Shown: piece by piece, positions 28,156 to 40,445 of the stretch
Position numbering within the stretch: position 1 is the first letter of the stretch
How the letters are laid out: each line of letters starts with the position of its first letter
Assembly (NCBI GenBank): GCA_002631715.1
Contig: MRSX01000002.1
Location: forward strand, 152,478-216,477
From: Candidatus Porisulfidus sp. TsSOB
GTDB lineage: Bacteria > Pseudomonadota > Gammaproteobacteria > Poriferisulfidales > Poriferisulfidaceae
Length of the DNA: 64,000 bases
Reading direction: 5' to 3'
Translations under genes and position numbers: made by a program
Notes under the pieces: generated by a model
What the model was told of the DNA's origin: nothing
The model's database searches: none
The model's input: the letters and a program-made list of their open reading frames with translations, nothing else

Positions 28156-29535
28156 GTGTCCCCACTCTTTCTAATCTTCTTACTGCTGGCATTGTCGTCG
28201 GCAGCTTATTTCTTCAGCCAGCGCCGCATGCTGCGGCAGGTCCGGAACGCCAACGTCGCGCGTCTTAGTTCCCTTCCCGAACACTTTGGAATGCTGGGCG
28301 CCATCTGGGCCGGCGCACCTGCCCTGCTGGTGTACTTCGTATGGTTGATTTTCGAGGGTGACATCCTCATGGCCCAAGTGCTGGCGATATTGCCGGATCC
28401 CGAATCCATGGCGGCAACTCGCGAGCTGTTGATCGGCGACATCCGCAACGCCATCAATAACCCCATGAGCTACCAGATGGCCAACGAAGAGGTCCGCATG
28501 GCGGCGGACCGCTACCAGGAACTGTCTCAAACCGCCACGCTCGCGCTGACCGCCACCTGCTTGTCAGTATTCGCCATCTGTTCCGCACTGGTCTTGAAAT
28601 TCCTGACTCCCCAAGTTCGAGCCCGGGTCCGAGTCGAGAAGATCATCCGCGGATTCCTGCTGCTGTGCTCGACGCTGGCCATCTTCACCACCGTCGGCAT
28701 CGTGCTTTCGGTCCTGTTCGAGGCCAGCCGGTTCTTCCAAACCGTCTCGGTGATCGAATTCCTGTTCGGTCTCGAATGGAGCCCTCAGATGGCCATCCGC
28801 GAGGACCAGGTCGGCTCCAGCGGCGCCTTCGGCGCCGTGCCGCTGTTCGCCGGCACCCTGCTCATTTCGTTTATTGCGATGCTGGTAGCCGCACCAATCG
28901 GCCTGATGTCAGCGATCTACCTGTCTGAATACGCGCCAGCCAAGATCCGTGCCGCGGTCAAGCCGATGCTGGAAATTCTGGCTGGCGTGCCGACCGTAGT
29001 GTACGGCTTCTTCGCCGCTATCACGGTTGGCCCTGCCCTGCGCGGGTTCGGGCAGTCCATCGGCTTGGATGTCGCTTCCGAAAGCGCCTTGGCGGCTGGC
29101 TTCGTAATGGGAGTGATGATCATTCCTTTCGTCTCATCCATTTCCGACGACGTAATCACGGCCGTGCCGCAGGCAATGCGCGACGGCTCGCTCGGAATGG
29201 GGGCCACCAATTCCGAGACCATGCGCCGGGTCATTCTTCCCGCCGCTCTCCCCGGCATCATCGGCGGCCTCCTGCTGGCCATCTCGCGCGCCATCGGTGA
29301 AACTATGATCGTCGTGATGGCGGCCGGCCTGTCCGCCAACCTGACGGCCAACCCGCTGGAGGCTGTAACCACGGTCACCGTGCAGATCGTTACCTTGCTG
29401 GTCGGCGACCAGGAATTCGACAGTCCCAAGACGTTGGCTGCATTCGCCCTGGGCCTGACTCTGTTCTTCGTCACCCTGGTGCTTAACTTCATTGCCCTGT
29501 ATGTGGTGCGCAAATACCGGGAACAATACGAATGA
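28156..29535 (+). CDS. pstC: phosphate ABC transporter permease PstC (long form)
   Basis: ABC permease with the EAA loop; 459 aa, like the long Pseudomonas-type PstC. Its stop overlaps the pstA start. Confidence 0.85.
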   Translation: MSPLFLIFLLLALSSAAYFFSQRRMLRQVRNANVARLSSLPEHFGMLGAIWAGAPALLVYFVWLIFEGDILMAQVLAILPDPESMAATRELLIGDIRNAINNPMSYQMANEEVRMAADRYQELSQTATLALTATCLSVFAICSALVLKFLTPQVRARVRVEKIIRGFLLLCSTLAIFTTVGIVLSVLFEASRFFQTVSVIEFLFGLEWSPQMAIREDQVGSSGAFGAVPLFAGTLLISFIAMLVAAPIGLMSAIYLSEYAPAKIRAAVKPMLEILAGVPTVVYGFFAAITVGPALRGFGQSIGLDVASESALAAGFVMGVMIIPFVSSISDDVITAVPQAMRDGSLGMGATNSETMRRVILPAALPGIIGGLLLAISRAIGETMIVVMAAGLSANLTANPLEAVTTVTVQIVTLLVGDQEFDSPKTLAAFALGLTLFFVTLVLNFIALYVVRKYREQYE

Positions 29536-30806
29536 ACCCCACCAAGCAGATTGTTTCCGGGTTGGCCCGGCGGCAGCGGGCCGAGAAGCGGTTCCGGCTC
29601 TACGGCCTTACCGCTGTCGTCCTCGGCATGGCCTTCTTGCTGCTGCTGTTCGGCAGCATCGTTGCCAACGGCTATAAGGCATTCACCCAGACCTATATCG
29701 AACTGCCCATTTACTTCGATCCCGCAGTGATTGATCCAAGTAGCGAACGCGATCACCAAACCCTGTTTTCGGCCGACTACTGGAAGCTGGTCAAAACCGC
29801 CGTGTACCAGAAGTTTCCCCAAGCCAGCGGGCGGAAGGAACGCCGCGAGCTGACCCGGATGGTCAGTGAAGGATCTGCATATGAACTGCGCGATCAGGTT
29901 CTGGAGAATCCCCGACTGATCGGAACCACGCAACACATCTGGCTGGCGGCTGACGATGATATCGACATGCTGATGAAAGGTTACATCGACCGGAATGTGC
30001 CGGAAGACGAACGGCGCCTGAACGACCGAATCATCGGCTATGTGGACAGCATGCGCGAGGTCGACGCCATTGAGCGGCGATTCAATACCACGTTCTTTGC
30101 CGCCGGGGATTCCCGGGAACCGGAACAGGCCGGCATTCTCGGCGCGTTGATGGGATCCTTCCTCACCTTGATCGTCACCTTGCTGCTATCGTTCCCGATC
30201 GGCGTGGCCGCCGCAGTCTACCTGGAAGAATTCGCGCCCCGAAATCGCTTTATCGATCTGATCGAGATCAACATCAACAACCTGGCCGCTGTCCCCTCGA
30301 TCATCTTCGGCCTGCTTGGGCTCGCCATTTTTATCAACTGGTTCGGGATGCCTCGCTCCACACCTGTCGTTGGCGGACTGGTTCTGGGGCTGATGACACT
30401 GCCGACCATCATCATTGCCTCACGTGTCTCCATCCAATCAGTCCCCCCTTCCATCAAGGAAGCCGCACTTGGCGTCGGCGCCTCGCGCATGCAGGCGATG
30501 TTCCACCACGTACTGCCCATCGCCACGCCCGGCATGTTGACTGGAACCATCATCGGTATGGCGCGGGCACTTGGCGAGACGGCCCCGTTGCTGATGATCG
30601 GCATGGTGGCTTTCATTGTCGATCCCCCCGGGGGGTTCACGGAACCGGCCACCGCCCTACCCGTGCAGATCTTCCTGTGGTCGGACAGTCCAGAGCGAGG
30701 TTTTACCGAGCGCACCTCCGCTGCAATCCTGGTGCTGCTTGTGTTCCTGATCGCCATGAACGCCGCCGCCGTCTATCTGCGCGAGAGAGTCACCAAGCGG
30801 TTCTGA
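29532..30806 (+). CDS. pstA: phosphate ABC transporter permease PstA (long form)
   Basis: The C-terminal permease core matches PstA ([11 protein letters not shown]...[13 protein letters not shown]). Confidence 0.85.
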   Translation: MNPTKQIVSGLARRQRAEKRFRLYGLTAVVLGMAFLLLLFGSIVANGYKAFTQTYIELPIYFDPAVIDPSSERDHQTLFSADYWKLVKTAVYQKFPQASGRKERRELTRMVSEGSAYELRDQVLENPRLIGTTQHIWLAADDDIDMLMKGYIDRNVPEDERRLNDRIIGYVDSMREVDAIERRFNTTFFAAGDSREPEQAGILGALMGSFLTLIVTLLLSFPIGVAAAVYLEEFAPRNRFIDLIEININNLAAVPSIIFGLLGLAIFINWFGMPRSTPVVGGLVLGLMTLPTIIIASRVSIQSVPPSIKEAALGVGASRMQAMFHHVLPIATPGMLTGTIIGMARALGETAPLLMIGMVAFIVDPPGGFTEPATALPVQIFLWSDSPERGFTERTSAAILVLLVFLIAMNAAAVYLRERVTKRF

Positions 30807-30840
30807 GGAACCCGATTCATCACCGCCACCCACTATAATC

Positions 30841-31707
30841 ATGGACATTACTGAAACCTTGGCCATTCCGATTCCGGAGCAACTCGACTCCCCTGCCGTA
30901 CCCGATCAAGCGGATCTTGATCTGACCACGGTCGGGGACTTTACCGTCCCAGACCCGCGGATGAAAATTCGCGATGTCAACGTGTTCTATGGCCAAAAAC
31001 AGGCTATCTTTGACGTCAACCTCGACATTGGGTCGAATTCCGTCGTGGCCATGATCGGTCCGTCCGGCTGCGGAAAAACCACCTTGCTGCGCTGCCTCAA
31101 CCGGATGAACGACACGATCGACGGCTGCCGGGTCGAAGGTCGGGTCGAGATGGACGACAAGAACGTCTACGACCGCAAGATGGACCCGGTCCTGCTGCGC
31201 GCCCGGGTTGGCATGGTTTTCCAGAAACCCAACCCGTTCCCGAAATCGATCTTCGACAATGTCGCCTACGGCCCCCGCATCCATGGGCTGGTGCGCGATC
31301 GCACCGACCTGGAGGAAATCGTTCACACTTCGCTGGAGCGGGCGGGCTTGCTCGACGAGGTCAAGGACCGGATGGACCAGCCCGGCACCGGACTGTCCGG
31401 CGGCCAGCAACAGCGCCTGTGCATCGCGCGCGCCATCGCGGTCAGCCCCGAGGTGATCCTGATGGATGAGCCATGCTCGGCACTGGATCCGATCGCCACC
31501 GCGCGGATTGAGGAACTGATCGGCGAATTGCGCAAGAATTTCTCCATCGTCATCGTCACTCATTCCATGCAGCAGGCCGCGCGCGTCTCCCAGCGCACCG
31601 CCTATTTCCATCTGGGCTATCTGGTCGAGGTGGGGTCCACCAAGGACATCTTCACGACGCCGAAGCACCAGTTGACCGAAGAGTACATCACGGGCCGTTT
31701 CGGCTGA
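30841..31707 (+). CDS. pstB: phosphate import ATP-binding protein PstB
   Basis: Walker [24 protein letters not shown] signature, Walker B ILMDEP. Confidence 0.9.
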   Translation: MDITETLAIPIPEQLDSPAVPDQADLDLTTVGDFTVPDPRMKIRDVNVFYGQKQAIFDVNLDIGSNSVVAMIGPSGCGKTTLLRCLNRMNDTIDGCRVEGRVEMDDKNVYDRKMDPVLLRARVGMVFQKPNPFPKSIFDNVAYGPRIHGLVRDRTDLEEIVHTSLERAGLLDEVKDRMDQPGTGLSGGQQQRLCIARAIAVSPEVILMDEPCSALDPIATARIEELIGELRKNFSIVIVTHSMQQAARVSQRTAYFHLGYLVEVGSTKDIFTTPKHQLTEEYITGRFG

Positions 31708-31713
31708 TTCCGG

Positions 31714-33012
31714 TTAGCGTCCGCCGCGATCCTCCGTCAGGATCGGGAATACGCAGGTGAAGGTGCTGCCTTTGCCCCATTCGCTGTCGATCTGCAGCCG
31801 TGCATCATGGCGCTGCAGGATGTGCTTCACGATCGCAAGCCCGAGCCCCGTCCCCCCGGTGTCGCGCGACCGGGCCTTGTCCACCCGGTAGAAGCGCTCG
31901 GTCAGCCGGGCAATCTGGTCTTTCTTGATGCCGACCCCCTGGTCGGTGACCGACAGCCGAATCCGGTCGTTCTTGCGCTGCCAGCCGATGCTTACTATGC
32001 CCCCGTCCGGCGAGTAGCTCAGCGCGTTGCTGACCAAGTTGAACAACGCGCTATGCAATTCTTCCGCCCGTCCTCGGATCGTCACACCCGCCTCACCCTC
32101 CACCTCGATCGTGTGCTGGGCCTCCGAGGTCAGGGCCTGGGCTTCACGCCGGACTTCGTCCGTCAGGTGGGCCAGATCCACATCCTGCAGGTCATGATCG
32201 CTCAGCTCGCTAGCCTCCAGCCGCGACAACTCCAGCAGGTCATCCACCAAATGGCGCATGCGCTGGCACTGGCGTGACATTTCGCGAATGATCGACCGCT
32301 TCGGGGGTTTGTCCGCATGGTCTTCGATGGTCTCCAGGTACCCGGTGACCACGGTCAGGGGACTTTTGATCTCGTGCGACACGTTGGCCACGAACTCCTG
32401 ACGCAACCGGTTCAGGCGGATGTCCTGGGTCAGGTCGCGAAAGGTGATCAGCCGGTCGTGTTTCCCGAACTTCGAAACCTGCACGCTGACCGGGTGCGAG
32501 GCGCCCGCGAACGTCTCCAGGTCCAAGGGCAGGGCGAAATCCCCCACCTGCAGGTACTGCACCAGTTCCGGAATCCGCACGACATGGACCAGCGAGCGGC
32601 CCTGATCGTCCGGCTGCAGATCCAGCAAGGACACGGCCGTGTCGTTGAACCATTCGATCCGCAACTCCGAATCGACTGCTACGGCAGCGTCCGGCAAGGC
32701 GACCGACAGAACCTCGAATTTTCTCTGCAAACGCTTCAGTTCCTGTTTGACTTGAACCGCCTGATGCCGGCGGTCCGACAAATCCGCGACCCATTTATGC
32801 CAAAACGGCGAGAGGTTATGCGGGATCGGGGCCTGTGGGAGGCGTTCCCATTTCCGGACCTGGCGCAACTGCCGCACATGCCACAGAATAAAGATAAGCA
32901 GTCCCAGGCCGAACCCCAAGCCTGGCACTGAAAAAAAAGAGCCCATGACCATGCCGACCACCGCCAGCGCCAACAGGCGCGCGACCTCCGTGGAAAGCGC
33001 GGGATCCTTCAC
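31714..33012 (-). CDS. phoR: phosphate regulon sensor histidine kinase PhoR
   Basis: N-terminal TM, PAS-like region, H-box HEIKSPLT, HATPase (GTGLGLAIVKH). Confidence 0.85.
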   Translation of the reverse strand: MKDPALSTEVARLLALAVVGMVMGSFFSVPGLGFGLGLLIFILWHVRQLRQVRKWERLPQAPIPHNLSPFWHKWVADLSDRRHQAVQVKQELKRLQRKFEVLSVALPDAAVAVDSELRIEWFNDTAVSLLDLQPDDQGRSLVHVVRIPELVQYLQVGDFALPLDLETFAGASHPVSVQVSKFGKHDRLITFRDLTQDIRLNRLRQEFVANVSHEIKSPLTVVTGYLETIEDHADKPPKRSIIREMSRQCQRMRHLVDDLLELSRLEASELSDHDLQDVDLAHLTDEVRREAQALTSEAQHTIEVEGEAGVTIRGRAEELHSALFNLVSNALSYSPDGGIVSIGWQRKNDRIRLSVTDQGVGIKKDQIARLTERFYRVDKARSRDTGGTGLGLAIVKHILQRHDARLQIDSEWGKGSTFTCVFPILTEDRGGR

Positions 33013-33020
33013 CCGAATCG

Positions 33021-33761
33021 TCAGGCAGCCTTGCGCTGCTTGACCTTACCGGATTTCTTATTGGATTTTACGGGCAGGTCGGTGTGGAACTGGTAACCTG
33101 CGCTGTGAATGGTACGGATATGGCCGGAGGCCTTCTTGCCAAGCGCCTTGCGCAAACGCAGGATATGCACGTCGATGGTCCGTTCCTCAATGTAGCTGTT
33201 CTGCCCCCACACCTGGTCCAGCAACTGGCTGCGGCTATAGACCCGGTTGGGGTGCGCCATCAGGAAACGCAACAGCCGGAACTCTGTCGGCCCCATTTCG
33301 GCCTGCTTCTTGCCAACCCACACTTCGTGCCGGAGCGAATCGAGTCGGACGGCCCCGTGCTGCAGCGTGGGGCTTGCGATATGCGGTGCGGAACGGCGCA
33401 GCAGGGCGTGAATGCGGGCGATCAATTCGCGCAGCGAGAACGGCTTGGATATGTAGTCGTCCGCCCCGCACTCCAGCCCACGCACCCGGTCGGATTCCTC
33501 CCCGCGGGCGGTCAGCATGATAATTGGAAGCTCAGCGGTCGGCGCATCCTTGCGCAAGCGTCGAGCCACCTCCAGGCCGCTTTGCCCGGGCAGCATCCAG
33601 TCGAGCAGGACCAAGTCCGGCTTATGGTCGGCAATCAATCCGTAAGCCTGCTGTGCGTCTTCCGCTTCCAGCAGTTCGAAATCGGATTGCCGGAGGGCGT
33701 AACTCACCATCTCGCGGATGGCGGGCTCGTCCTCGACGATGAGGATTTTTGCAACGGACAT
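33021..33761 (-). CDS. phoB: phosphate regulon response regulator PhoB (with about 17-aa Lys-rich C-terminal extension)
   Basis: ATG at 33761 gives MSVAKILIVEDEPAIREMV. It has a receiver domain and an OmpR winged helix. The tail ...GYQFHTDLPVKSNKKSGKVKQRKAA extends past the usual PhoB end. Confidence 0.9.
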   Translation of the reverse strand: MSVAKILIVEDEPAIREMVSYALRQSDFELLEAEDAQQAYGLIADHKPDLVLLDWMLPGQSGLEVARRLRKDAPTAELPIIMLTARGEESDRVRGLECGADDYISKPFSLRELIARIHALLRRSAPHIASPTLQHGAVRLDSLRHEVWVGKKQAEMGPTEFRLLRFLMAHPNRVYSRSQLLDQVWGQNSYIEERTIDVHILRLRKALGKKASGHIRTIHSAGYQFHTDLPVKSNKKSGKVKQRKAA

Positions 33762-33870
33762 GCTTACGCTAGTCTGCTTTGCAAATGTTACACCATTCTG
33801 ACAACCGCCACCGGCATCGTGCTTATAATGAACTCCAAGTAATTCGGCGTTTTGCATCCGCAACGGGGGT

Positions 33871-35202
<1,332 letters not shown>

Positions 35203-35205
35203 GTC

Positions 35206-36036
35206 GTGACCCCGAACCCGGGCATAGTTCGCGAGGACGTCGCTCGGGCCTTGCGGGAGGACGAGGCGACCGGCGACTTGACCGCCGGGCTGGTTCCCGA
35301 GCAGTTGGCTCGCGCGACGATTCTCTGCCGGCAGCAGGCCGTGCTGTGCGGCATTCCCTGGGCCGCGGAAGTGTTCCATCAACTGGAACCCTCCATTGCC
35401 CTCGAGTGGCAGGCCGAAGACGGCGACTTGGTTGAGGCTGATACCGTCGTCTGCGAGCTTCAAGGGCCGGGCCGGGCCCTGCTGCAGGGCGAGCGCACGG
35501 CTCTCAATTTCCTGCAACTCCTGTCAGCGACCGCCAGCCGCACCCGCCAGTTTGCGCAAGCACTGGATTCGGCCCCGTGCATGCTGCTCGATACTCGCAA
35601 GACACTCCCCGGCCTACGTCACGCGCAGAAATACGCGGTACGCTGCGGCGGAGGCGTGGCTCACCGCTCAAGCCTGGCGGAAGCCGTCCTGATCAAGGAA
35701 AACCATTGGGCCCTGCTTCCCGACCTGGAAGCCGCCATCCGCGAGGCGCGTGACCAGCATCCGGACACGCAGATCATCGTGGAAGTCGAGAACCTGGAAC
35801 AACTTGAGCGCGTACGCGCGGCACGCCCGGACGTGATCCTGCTGGACAATTTCAGCCCGGAACAAGCACAATCAGCAGCGGCCGAATACCCGGACATCCC
35901 GCTGGAAATCTCCGGCGGGGTTACCGAATCGAACCTGGCCGACTACGCGGCCGCCGGTGCGGCGCGTATTTCTCTCGGCACCCTGACCAAGGACATTCAA
36001 GCCGTCGATTTTTCGATGCGGCTGGAGCACGCCTAG
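35206..36036 (+). CDS. nadC: nicotinate-nucleotide pyrophosphorylase (carboxylating)
   Basis: GTG start. QAPRTase motifs (ERTALNFLQ, LLDTRKT, ISGG) are present. Confidence 0.9.
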   Translation: MTPNPGIVREDVARALREDEATGDLTAGLVPEQLARATILCRQQAVLCGIPWAAEVFHQLEPSIALEWQAEDGDLVEADTVVCELQGPGRALLQGERTALNFLQLLSATASRTRQFAQALDSAPCMLLDTRKTLPGLRHAQKYAVRCGGGVAHRSSLAEAVLIKENHWALLPDLEAAIREARDQHPDTQIIVEVENLEQLERVRAARPDVILLDNFSPEQAQSAAAEYPDIPLEISGGVTESNLADYAAAGAARISLGTLTKDIQAVDFSMRLEHA

Positions 36037-36803
36037 GATTCGGCGCGCTTCGCCTCCTGCCACAATTCCTCCCAACGTTCGGCGGATACCTTCTCTACCG
36101 CCTCGCCACATTCCTGCAGACAGGCCTCCATGGATTCGAAGCGTCGCGTAAACCGCGAGCAGGCGCGGTGCAGGGTTTCCTCCGGACGTAGGTCGCAATG
36201 GCGCGCGTAGTTCACTAGAGTGAACAGCAAATCGCCGATCTCCGCAGCCCGTTCATCCGGACTTTCCGCCTCGCGCAATTCACGTAGTTCTTCCTCGATT
36301 TTGTCCTCCACCTGCCGGGCTTCTTCCCAATCAAACCCCACCCGAGCAGCACGTTTCTGTAGTTTGAACGCCCGCGTCAGCGCCGGTTGCGCCTTCGGCA
36401 CGCCCCCCAGTACGCCCGACGTTCCGTACTCGGCCCGTTCGCGATGCTTGCGCCTCTCCCAATCCTGCTTGATCTCATCCTCGTTGCGCTGACCAACCTC
36501 CCCGAAGACATGCGGGTGTCGCTCGATCATCTTGGTGCAGATCGCCTCTACTACGTCGGAAAAACGGAACAAGTCCTGTTCCTCGGCCATTTGCGCGTGA
36601 TACACCACCTGTAGCAACAGATCGCCGAGTTCGCCGCGCAGCTCGTGCCAAGCTTCCCGCTCGATGGCGTCCGCCACCTCATAGGCCTCCTCCACCGTGT
36701 AGGGTGCAATCGTCCTGAAATCCTGGCGCAAGTCCCATGGACAGCCATGGTCGGGATCCCGCAAGTCCCGCATGATCCTGAGCAGGTCGTCGATGCCGTG
36801 CAT
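36033..36803 (-). CDS. mazG: nucleoside triphosphate pyrophosphohydrolase MazG
   Basis: Met12 start aligns with E. coli MazG ([40 protein letters not shown]). It has two EExxE MazG repeats. Confidence 0.85.
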   Translation of the reverse strand: MHGIDDLLRIMRDLRDPDHGCPWDLRQDFRTIAPYTVEEAYEVADAIEREAWHELRGELGDLLLQVVYHAQMAEEQDLFRFSDVVEAICTKMIERHPHVFGEVGQRNEDEIKQDWERRKHRERAEYGTSGVLGGVPKAQPALTRAFKLQKRAARVGFDWEEARQVEDKIEEELRELREAESPDERAAEIGDLLFTLVNYARHCDLRPEETLHRACSRFTRRFESMEACLQECGEAVEKVSAERWEELWQEAKRAES

Positions 36804-36915
36804 GACCCTCTCCCGGTCGAAACAAACGAACGGCACCTATCATAGGGGATGGTTTTGCGCAGGCGCGGACAGGCGCCCGGTACAATGGGTTTTTGTCCTT
36901 CGTCATTTCCTGCTG

Positions 36916-37785
36916 ATGGCTACGCGCATTCGCAAAGCGGTGTTCCCCGTCGCTGGGCTCGGTACGCGGTTCCTGCCCGCCACCAAGGCGGTGCCCAAGG
37001 AGGCGTTGCCGATCGTGGACAAGCCGCTCATCCAGTACGCGGTGGAAGAAGCCGTTGCCGCCGGGATTGACCAACTCATCTTCATCACCGGGCGCAACAA
37101 GCGCTCGATCCCGGACCATTTCGACATGGCCTATGAACTGGAAGCGGAATTGGAGGCATCCGGCAAGACCGAGCAACTTGAACAGGTACGGAAAATCACC
37201 CCTGAAGGCGTCAGCTGCATCTACCTTCGCCAGCGCCAAGCGCTCGGGCTGGGCCATGCCATTCTATGCGCGGAGCCGGTCGTCGGCGACGAGCCGTTCG
37301 CCGTCATTCTCGCGGATGATCTGATCGACGGCGGAGATAATCCATGTCTGAAGCAGATGATTGACGTATTCCAAGCCTTCGAAGCTGGAGTAATCGCGGT
37401 GGAACAGGTTCCACCGGAGAGGATCTCGCGTTACGGCGTGATTTCGGGCGATTCGTGCGGTGAGCGGCTGTGGATGTTGAACGGCATCGTGGAGAAGCCT
37501 CCGGCCGACGAGGCACCTTCTGACCTCGGCGTGGTTGGGCGCTATATCCTGACCCCGGAAATATTCGATCACCTGCGCGAAACGGCTGCCGGTGCTGGCG
37601 GCGAAATCCAACTGACCGACGCCATTGCCCTCCAATTGCAGAAAGAAACGGTTCAGGCCTATCAGTTCGAAGGAAAGCGCTACGACTGCGGAAGCAAACT
37701 CGGCTATCTGCAAGCTTCCGTGGAATACGCCTTGAACCGCGAAGACCTTGGCGAAGAATTCAGGGCATGGCTGGAACAGTTGTAG
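36916..37785 (+). CDS. galU: UTP--glucose-1-phosphate uridylyltransferase
   Basis: [23 protein letters not shown] motif; 289 aa from the ATG at 36916. Confidence 0.9.
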   Translation: MATRIRKAVFPVAGLGTRFLPATKAVPKEALPIVDKPLIQYAVEEAVAAGIDQLIFITGRNKRSIPDHFDMAYELEAELEASGKTEQLEQVRKITPEGVSCIYLRQRQALGLGHAILCAEPVVGDEPFAVILADDLIDGGDNPCLKQMIDVFQAFEAGVIAVEQVPPERISRYGVISGDSCGERLWMLNGIVEKPPADEAPSDLGVVGRYILTPEIFDHLRETAAGAGGEIQLTDAIALQLQKETVQAYQFEGKRYDCGSKLGYLQASVEYALNREDLGEEFRAWLEQL

Positions 37786-37853
37786 CAGTGGGTTGAAAGG
37801 CGGCGCCTTCAATCCCACATAAGAAAAACTGCCGGATTCGGCAAGGGGGGAGG

Positions 37854-37929
37854 TGGCTCCCCGGGACGGGCTCGAACCGCCGACCTAGTGGTTAACAGCC
37901 ACCCGCTCTGCCAACTGAGCTACCGGGGA
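37854..37929 (-). tRNA. tRNA-Asn (anticodon GTT)
   Basis: Reverse complement reads TCCCCGGTAGCTCAGTTGGCAGAGCGGGTGGCTGTTAACCACTAGGTCGGCGGTTCGAGCCCGTCCCGGGGAGCCA, with cloverleaf and CCA end. Confidence 0.85.
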
Positions 37930-38079
37930 ATGGGGCCGCAAAGTTTAACATAGCCGACCGGAGCTTGAAGCCCCATCAATAGGAAGAACAACAGGCTTTA
38001 GTTTGGCAAAACGGCCTGTGAAGGAAACTTTTTGGCAAAGTACGGGTAAAATATAAGGTTGCGCTTTTCTCTCTACCCT

Positions 38080-39852
38080 ATGAGCAAAAATCCCACCTCC
38101 CCCGCTGACCAAGACAACACTCTTGAAGAGTTGATCGCGCACGGGCGCGAAAAAGGGCACCTGACGCTGGGCGAGATCCACAAGCAGTTGTCCGACGAGC
38201 ACGATGACGAATCGATCGCTCTGATGGTCGAGAGCCTCTCCGACATGGGGATCGAAATCATGGAGCAGGATCCCGATGAGGAAAGCGACCTCATGGGGGA
38301 CGATGAAGAGATCGAAGGAAAAGACCCGGACTCGCCGGAAAACACGACGCCCGAACCGGACGACTCACACACCTCGGATCCCATCCGCATGTATATGCGT
38401 GCAATGGGGGCGGTCAGCCTGCTGAGCCGAGCCGAGGAAATCGAGATCGCAAAACGCATTGAACTCAGCGAGTGCAATGCCGTCTTCGCCATGGCCCAAT
38501 GTCCGCTGGTGATCGAGAGGATGCTGGAAAAATACGAAGAATTCAAACAAAAGAAACTCAAGATCGCCGACCTTGTACTCGGTTTCGAGGACCCTCGCAT
38601 CCAGCCGGAGAAGGTCGAAATCAACAAGGACAGCAAGAAGGACCGTTCCCCCACCAAGCGCCAGGTGCAAACCCGTTTTCGCGAACTGGCCAACCGTCAC
38701 AAGCGGGCCATGAACAGCAATGTCCGGCGCAATCCGAATGCCTATCAGCGCCGCCGCCATGAAGTGGGCGACTATTTCGTCCTGTTCCGTCTGCCCCCTA
38801 ACATCATTGCCGAACTGCGCGAAATCGTGCAACAGATGGGTCGCGTCGCCAGCCAAGAGGAAGCCAACATCCGCAAGCTTTGCCTCGATGCAGGCATGCC
38901 CGCGGAGGATTTTGAAAGGGATTTCCTCAAGAACGCTTCCAAACCGGCCTGGATCGGCAACTGCCTGCGCCGCCAGATCTCGTACAAGGACAACCTGCGC
39001 AAGGTACGCAAGCAGATCGAGACTCACCAGAAGAAACTAGCTGCACTGGAAGACGCACACTACCTGAAATCACCAGTAATCAAGTCCATCGTCAGCGACT
39101 TGCGCATCGCTGATGTACAGGCTCAGAAAGCCAAGGATGAAATGGTCGAGGCCAATCTCCGGCTGGTCATTTCGATTGCCAAGAAGTACACCAACCGCGG
39201 CCTGCATTTCCTGGATCTGATCGAGGAAGGCAATATCGGCCTGATGAAAGCGGTCGACAAGTTCGAATACCGGCGCGGTTTCAAGTTCTCCACCTACGCG
39301 ACCTGGTGGATCCGTCAGGCCATCACCCGTTCCATCGCCGACCAAGCGCGCACGATCCGGGTGCCGGTCCATATGACGGAGACCATCAACAAGGTCAATC
39401 GTATTTCCCGGCAGATCATGCAGGAACAGGGACGGGAGCCGACGGCGGCGGAATTGGCAGACCGGATGGAACTGGCCGAAAACAAGGTCCGCCGCGTACA
39501 GAGCATCGCCCGCGATCCGATTTCCATCGAGACTCCAGTCGGCGACGATGATGACCTGCATATCGGGGACCGGCTGGAAGACACCTCGCAGGAACTGCCA
39601 GAAGATGCCACCACCCGGGCGGCGGTAGCCAAGGCAATCCGCGAAGCATTGAGCACGCTGTCGCCACGCGAATCGAAAGTGCTGCGCATGCGCTTTGGCA
39701 TCGACCTGAACCAAGATCACACTCTGGAGGAAGTCGGCAAACAATTCGAGGTGACGCGCGAACGAATACGGCAGATCGAGTCCAAGGCCCTGCGCAAATT
39801 GCGTCATCCCAGCCGTTCCGAACTGCTTCGCAGTTTCCTCGACCGGGAATGA
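38080..39852 (+). CDS. rpoD: RNA polymerase sigma factor RpoD (sigma-70)
   Basis: Regions 1.1 to 4.2 present (acidic region 1.1, [28 protein letters not shown]-terminal HTH). Start at Met8 of the track ORF. Confidence 0.95.
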   Translation: MSKNPTSPADQDNTLEELIAHGREKGHLTLGEIHKQLSDEHDDESIALMVESLSDMGIEIMEQDPDEESDLMGDDEEIEGKDPDSPENTTPEPDDSHTSDPIRMYMRAMGAVSLLSRAEEIEIAKRIELSECNAVFAMAQCPLVIERMLEKYEEFKQKKLKIADLVLGFEDPRIQPEKVEINKDSKKDRSPTKRQVQTRFRELANRHKRAMNSNVRRNPNAYQRRRHEVGDYFVLFRLPPNIIAELREIVQQMGRVASQEEANIRKLCLDAGMPAEDFERDFLKNASKPAWIGNCLRRQISYKDNLRKVRKQIETHQKKLAALEDAHYLKSPVIKSIVSDLRIADVQAQKAKDEMVEANLRLVISIAKKYTNRGLHFLDLIEEGNIGLMKAVDKFEYRRGFKFSTYATWWIRQAITRSIADQARTIRVPVHMTETINKVNRISRQIMQEQGREPTAAELADRMELAENKVRRVQSIARDPISIETPVGDDDDLHIGDRLEDTSQELPEDATTRAAVAKAIREALSTLSPRESKVLRMRFGIDLNQDHTLEEVGKQFEVTRERIRQIESKALRKLRHPSRSELLRSFLDRE

Positions 39853-39880
39853 CCAGGCCCTGGATTCCGACGCCATCCGT

Positions 39881-39957
39881 GGGCCTGTAGCTCAGTTGGT
39901 TAGAGCAGGGGACTCATAATCCTTTGGTCGCAGGTTCGAATCCTGCCGGGCCCACCA
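39881..39957 (+). tRNA. tRNA with CAT anticodon (tRNA-Ile2/lysidine type favoured over elongator tRNA-Met)
   Basis: GGGCCTGTAGCTCAGTTGGTTAGAGCAGGGGACTCATAATCC...CGGGCCCACCA. The C4-G69/C5-G68 acceptor pairs and the position downstream of rpoD mirror E. coli rpoD-ileX. Confidence 0.8.
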
Positions 39958-39995
39958 CACTTAAAAAGTCGTAGAAACAATGCTATAGTGTTTTC

Positions 39996-40367
39996 ATGCG
40001 AAATTCCAAAGTTGTCTGGATTGCGCTGATCGCGGTGGCATTCGCGGCGAATGCCTATGCCACGGCTTTCGCGGCCTCGTGCGACTGCATCGATACGATG
40101 TCGGTCGAAATCGTCAAGGTGGACATGCAGTGCCACGATTCGGGCGAGCTGGATTCGGCATCTAGTATTGACGGATCCCATCAAGAAGGCCTGCCCGACT
40201 GCAACCATTGCGCATACGGTCACTGTCAGGTTTCTCCCCAGACTCCTTTGTTCAGCAACTCGGGAGTAGACCCAGTTTCTGAAGACGGGTGGCGCAACTT
40301 TTCCGCCAAAGTGCCAAAACCCCCTCTTTCCTACGGCATAGACTACCCTCCTAAACACACCTCCTAA
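39996..40367 (+). CDS. small secreted Cys/His-rich protein (candidate periplasmic metal-binding protein) leading the cus-like operon
   Basis: Signal peptide MRNSKVVWIALIAVAFAANAYA. The mature part has SCDC, QCHD, DCNHCAYGHC motifs. It sits 78 nt upstream of the cusC-like gene. Confidence 0.5.
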   Translation: MRNSKVVWIALIAVAFAANAYATAFAASCDCIDTMSVEIVKVDMQCHDSGELDSASSIDGSHQEGLPDCNHCAYGHCQVSPQTPLFSNSGVDPVSEDGWRNFSAKVPKPPLSYGIDYPPKHTS

Positions 40368-40371
40368 TCTC

Positions 40372-40387
40372 GACACCGGCAGGTGTC
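40372..40387 (+). promoter_or_regulatory. perfect 6-bp stem / 4-nt loop hairpin (gacacc-ggca-ggtgtc) between the small ORF and the cusC-like gene
   Basis: Read directly from the sequence. It could be an attenuator/terminator or a palindromic operator. Confidence 0.3.
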
Positions 40388-40445
40388 TCCATAAAGGACC
40401 GGTACGCCATGTGTGTGCCGGGAAACAACCGATTAGGAGGTTATT

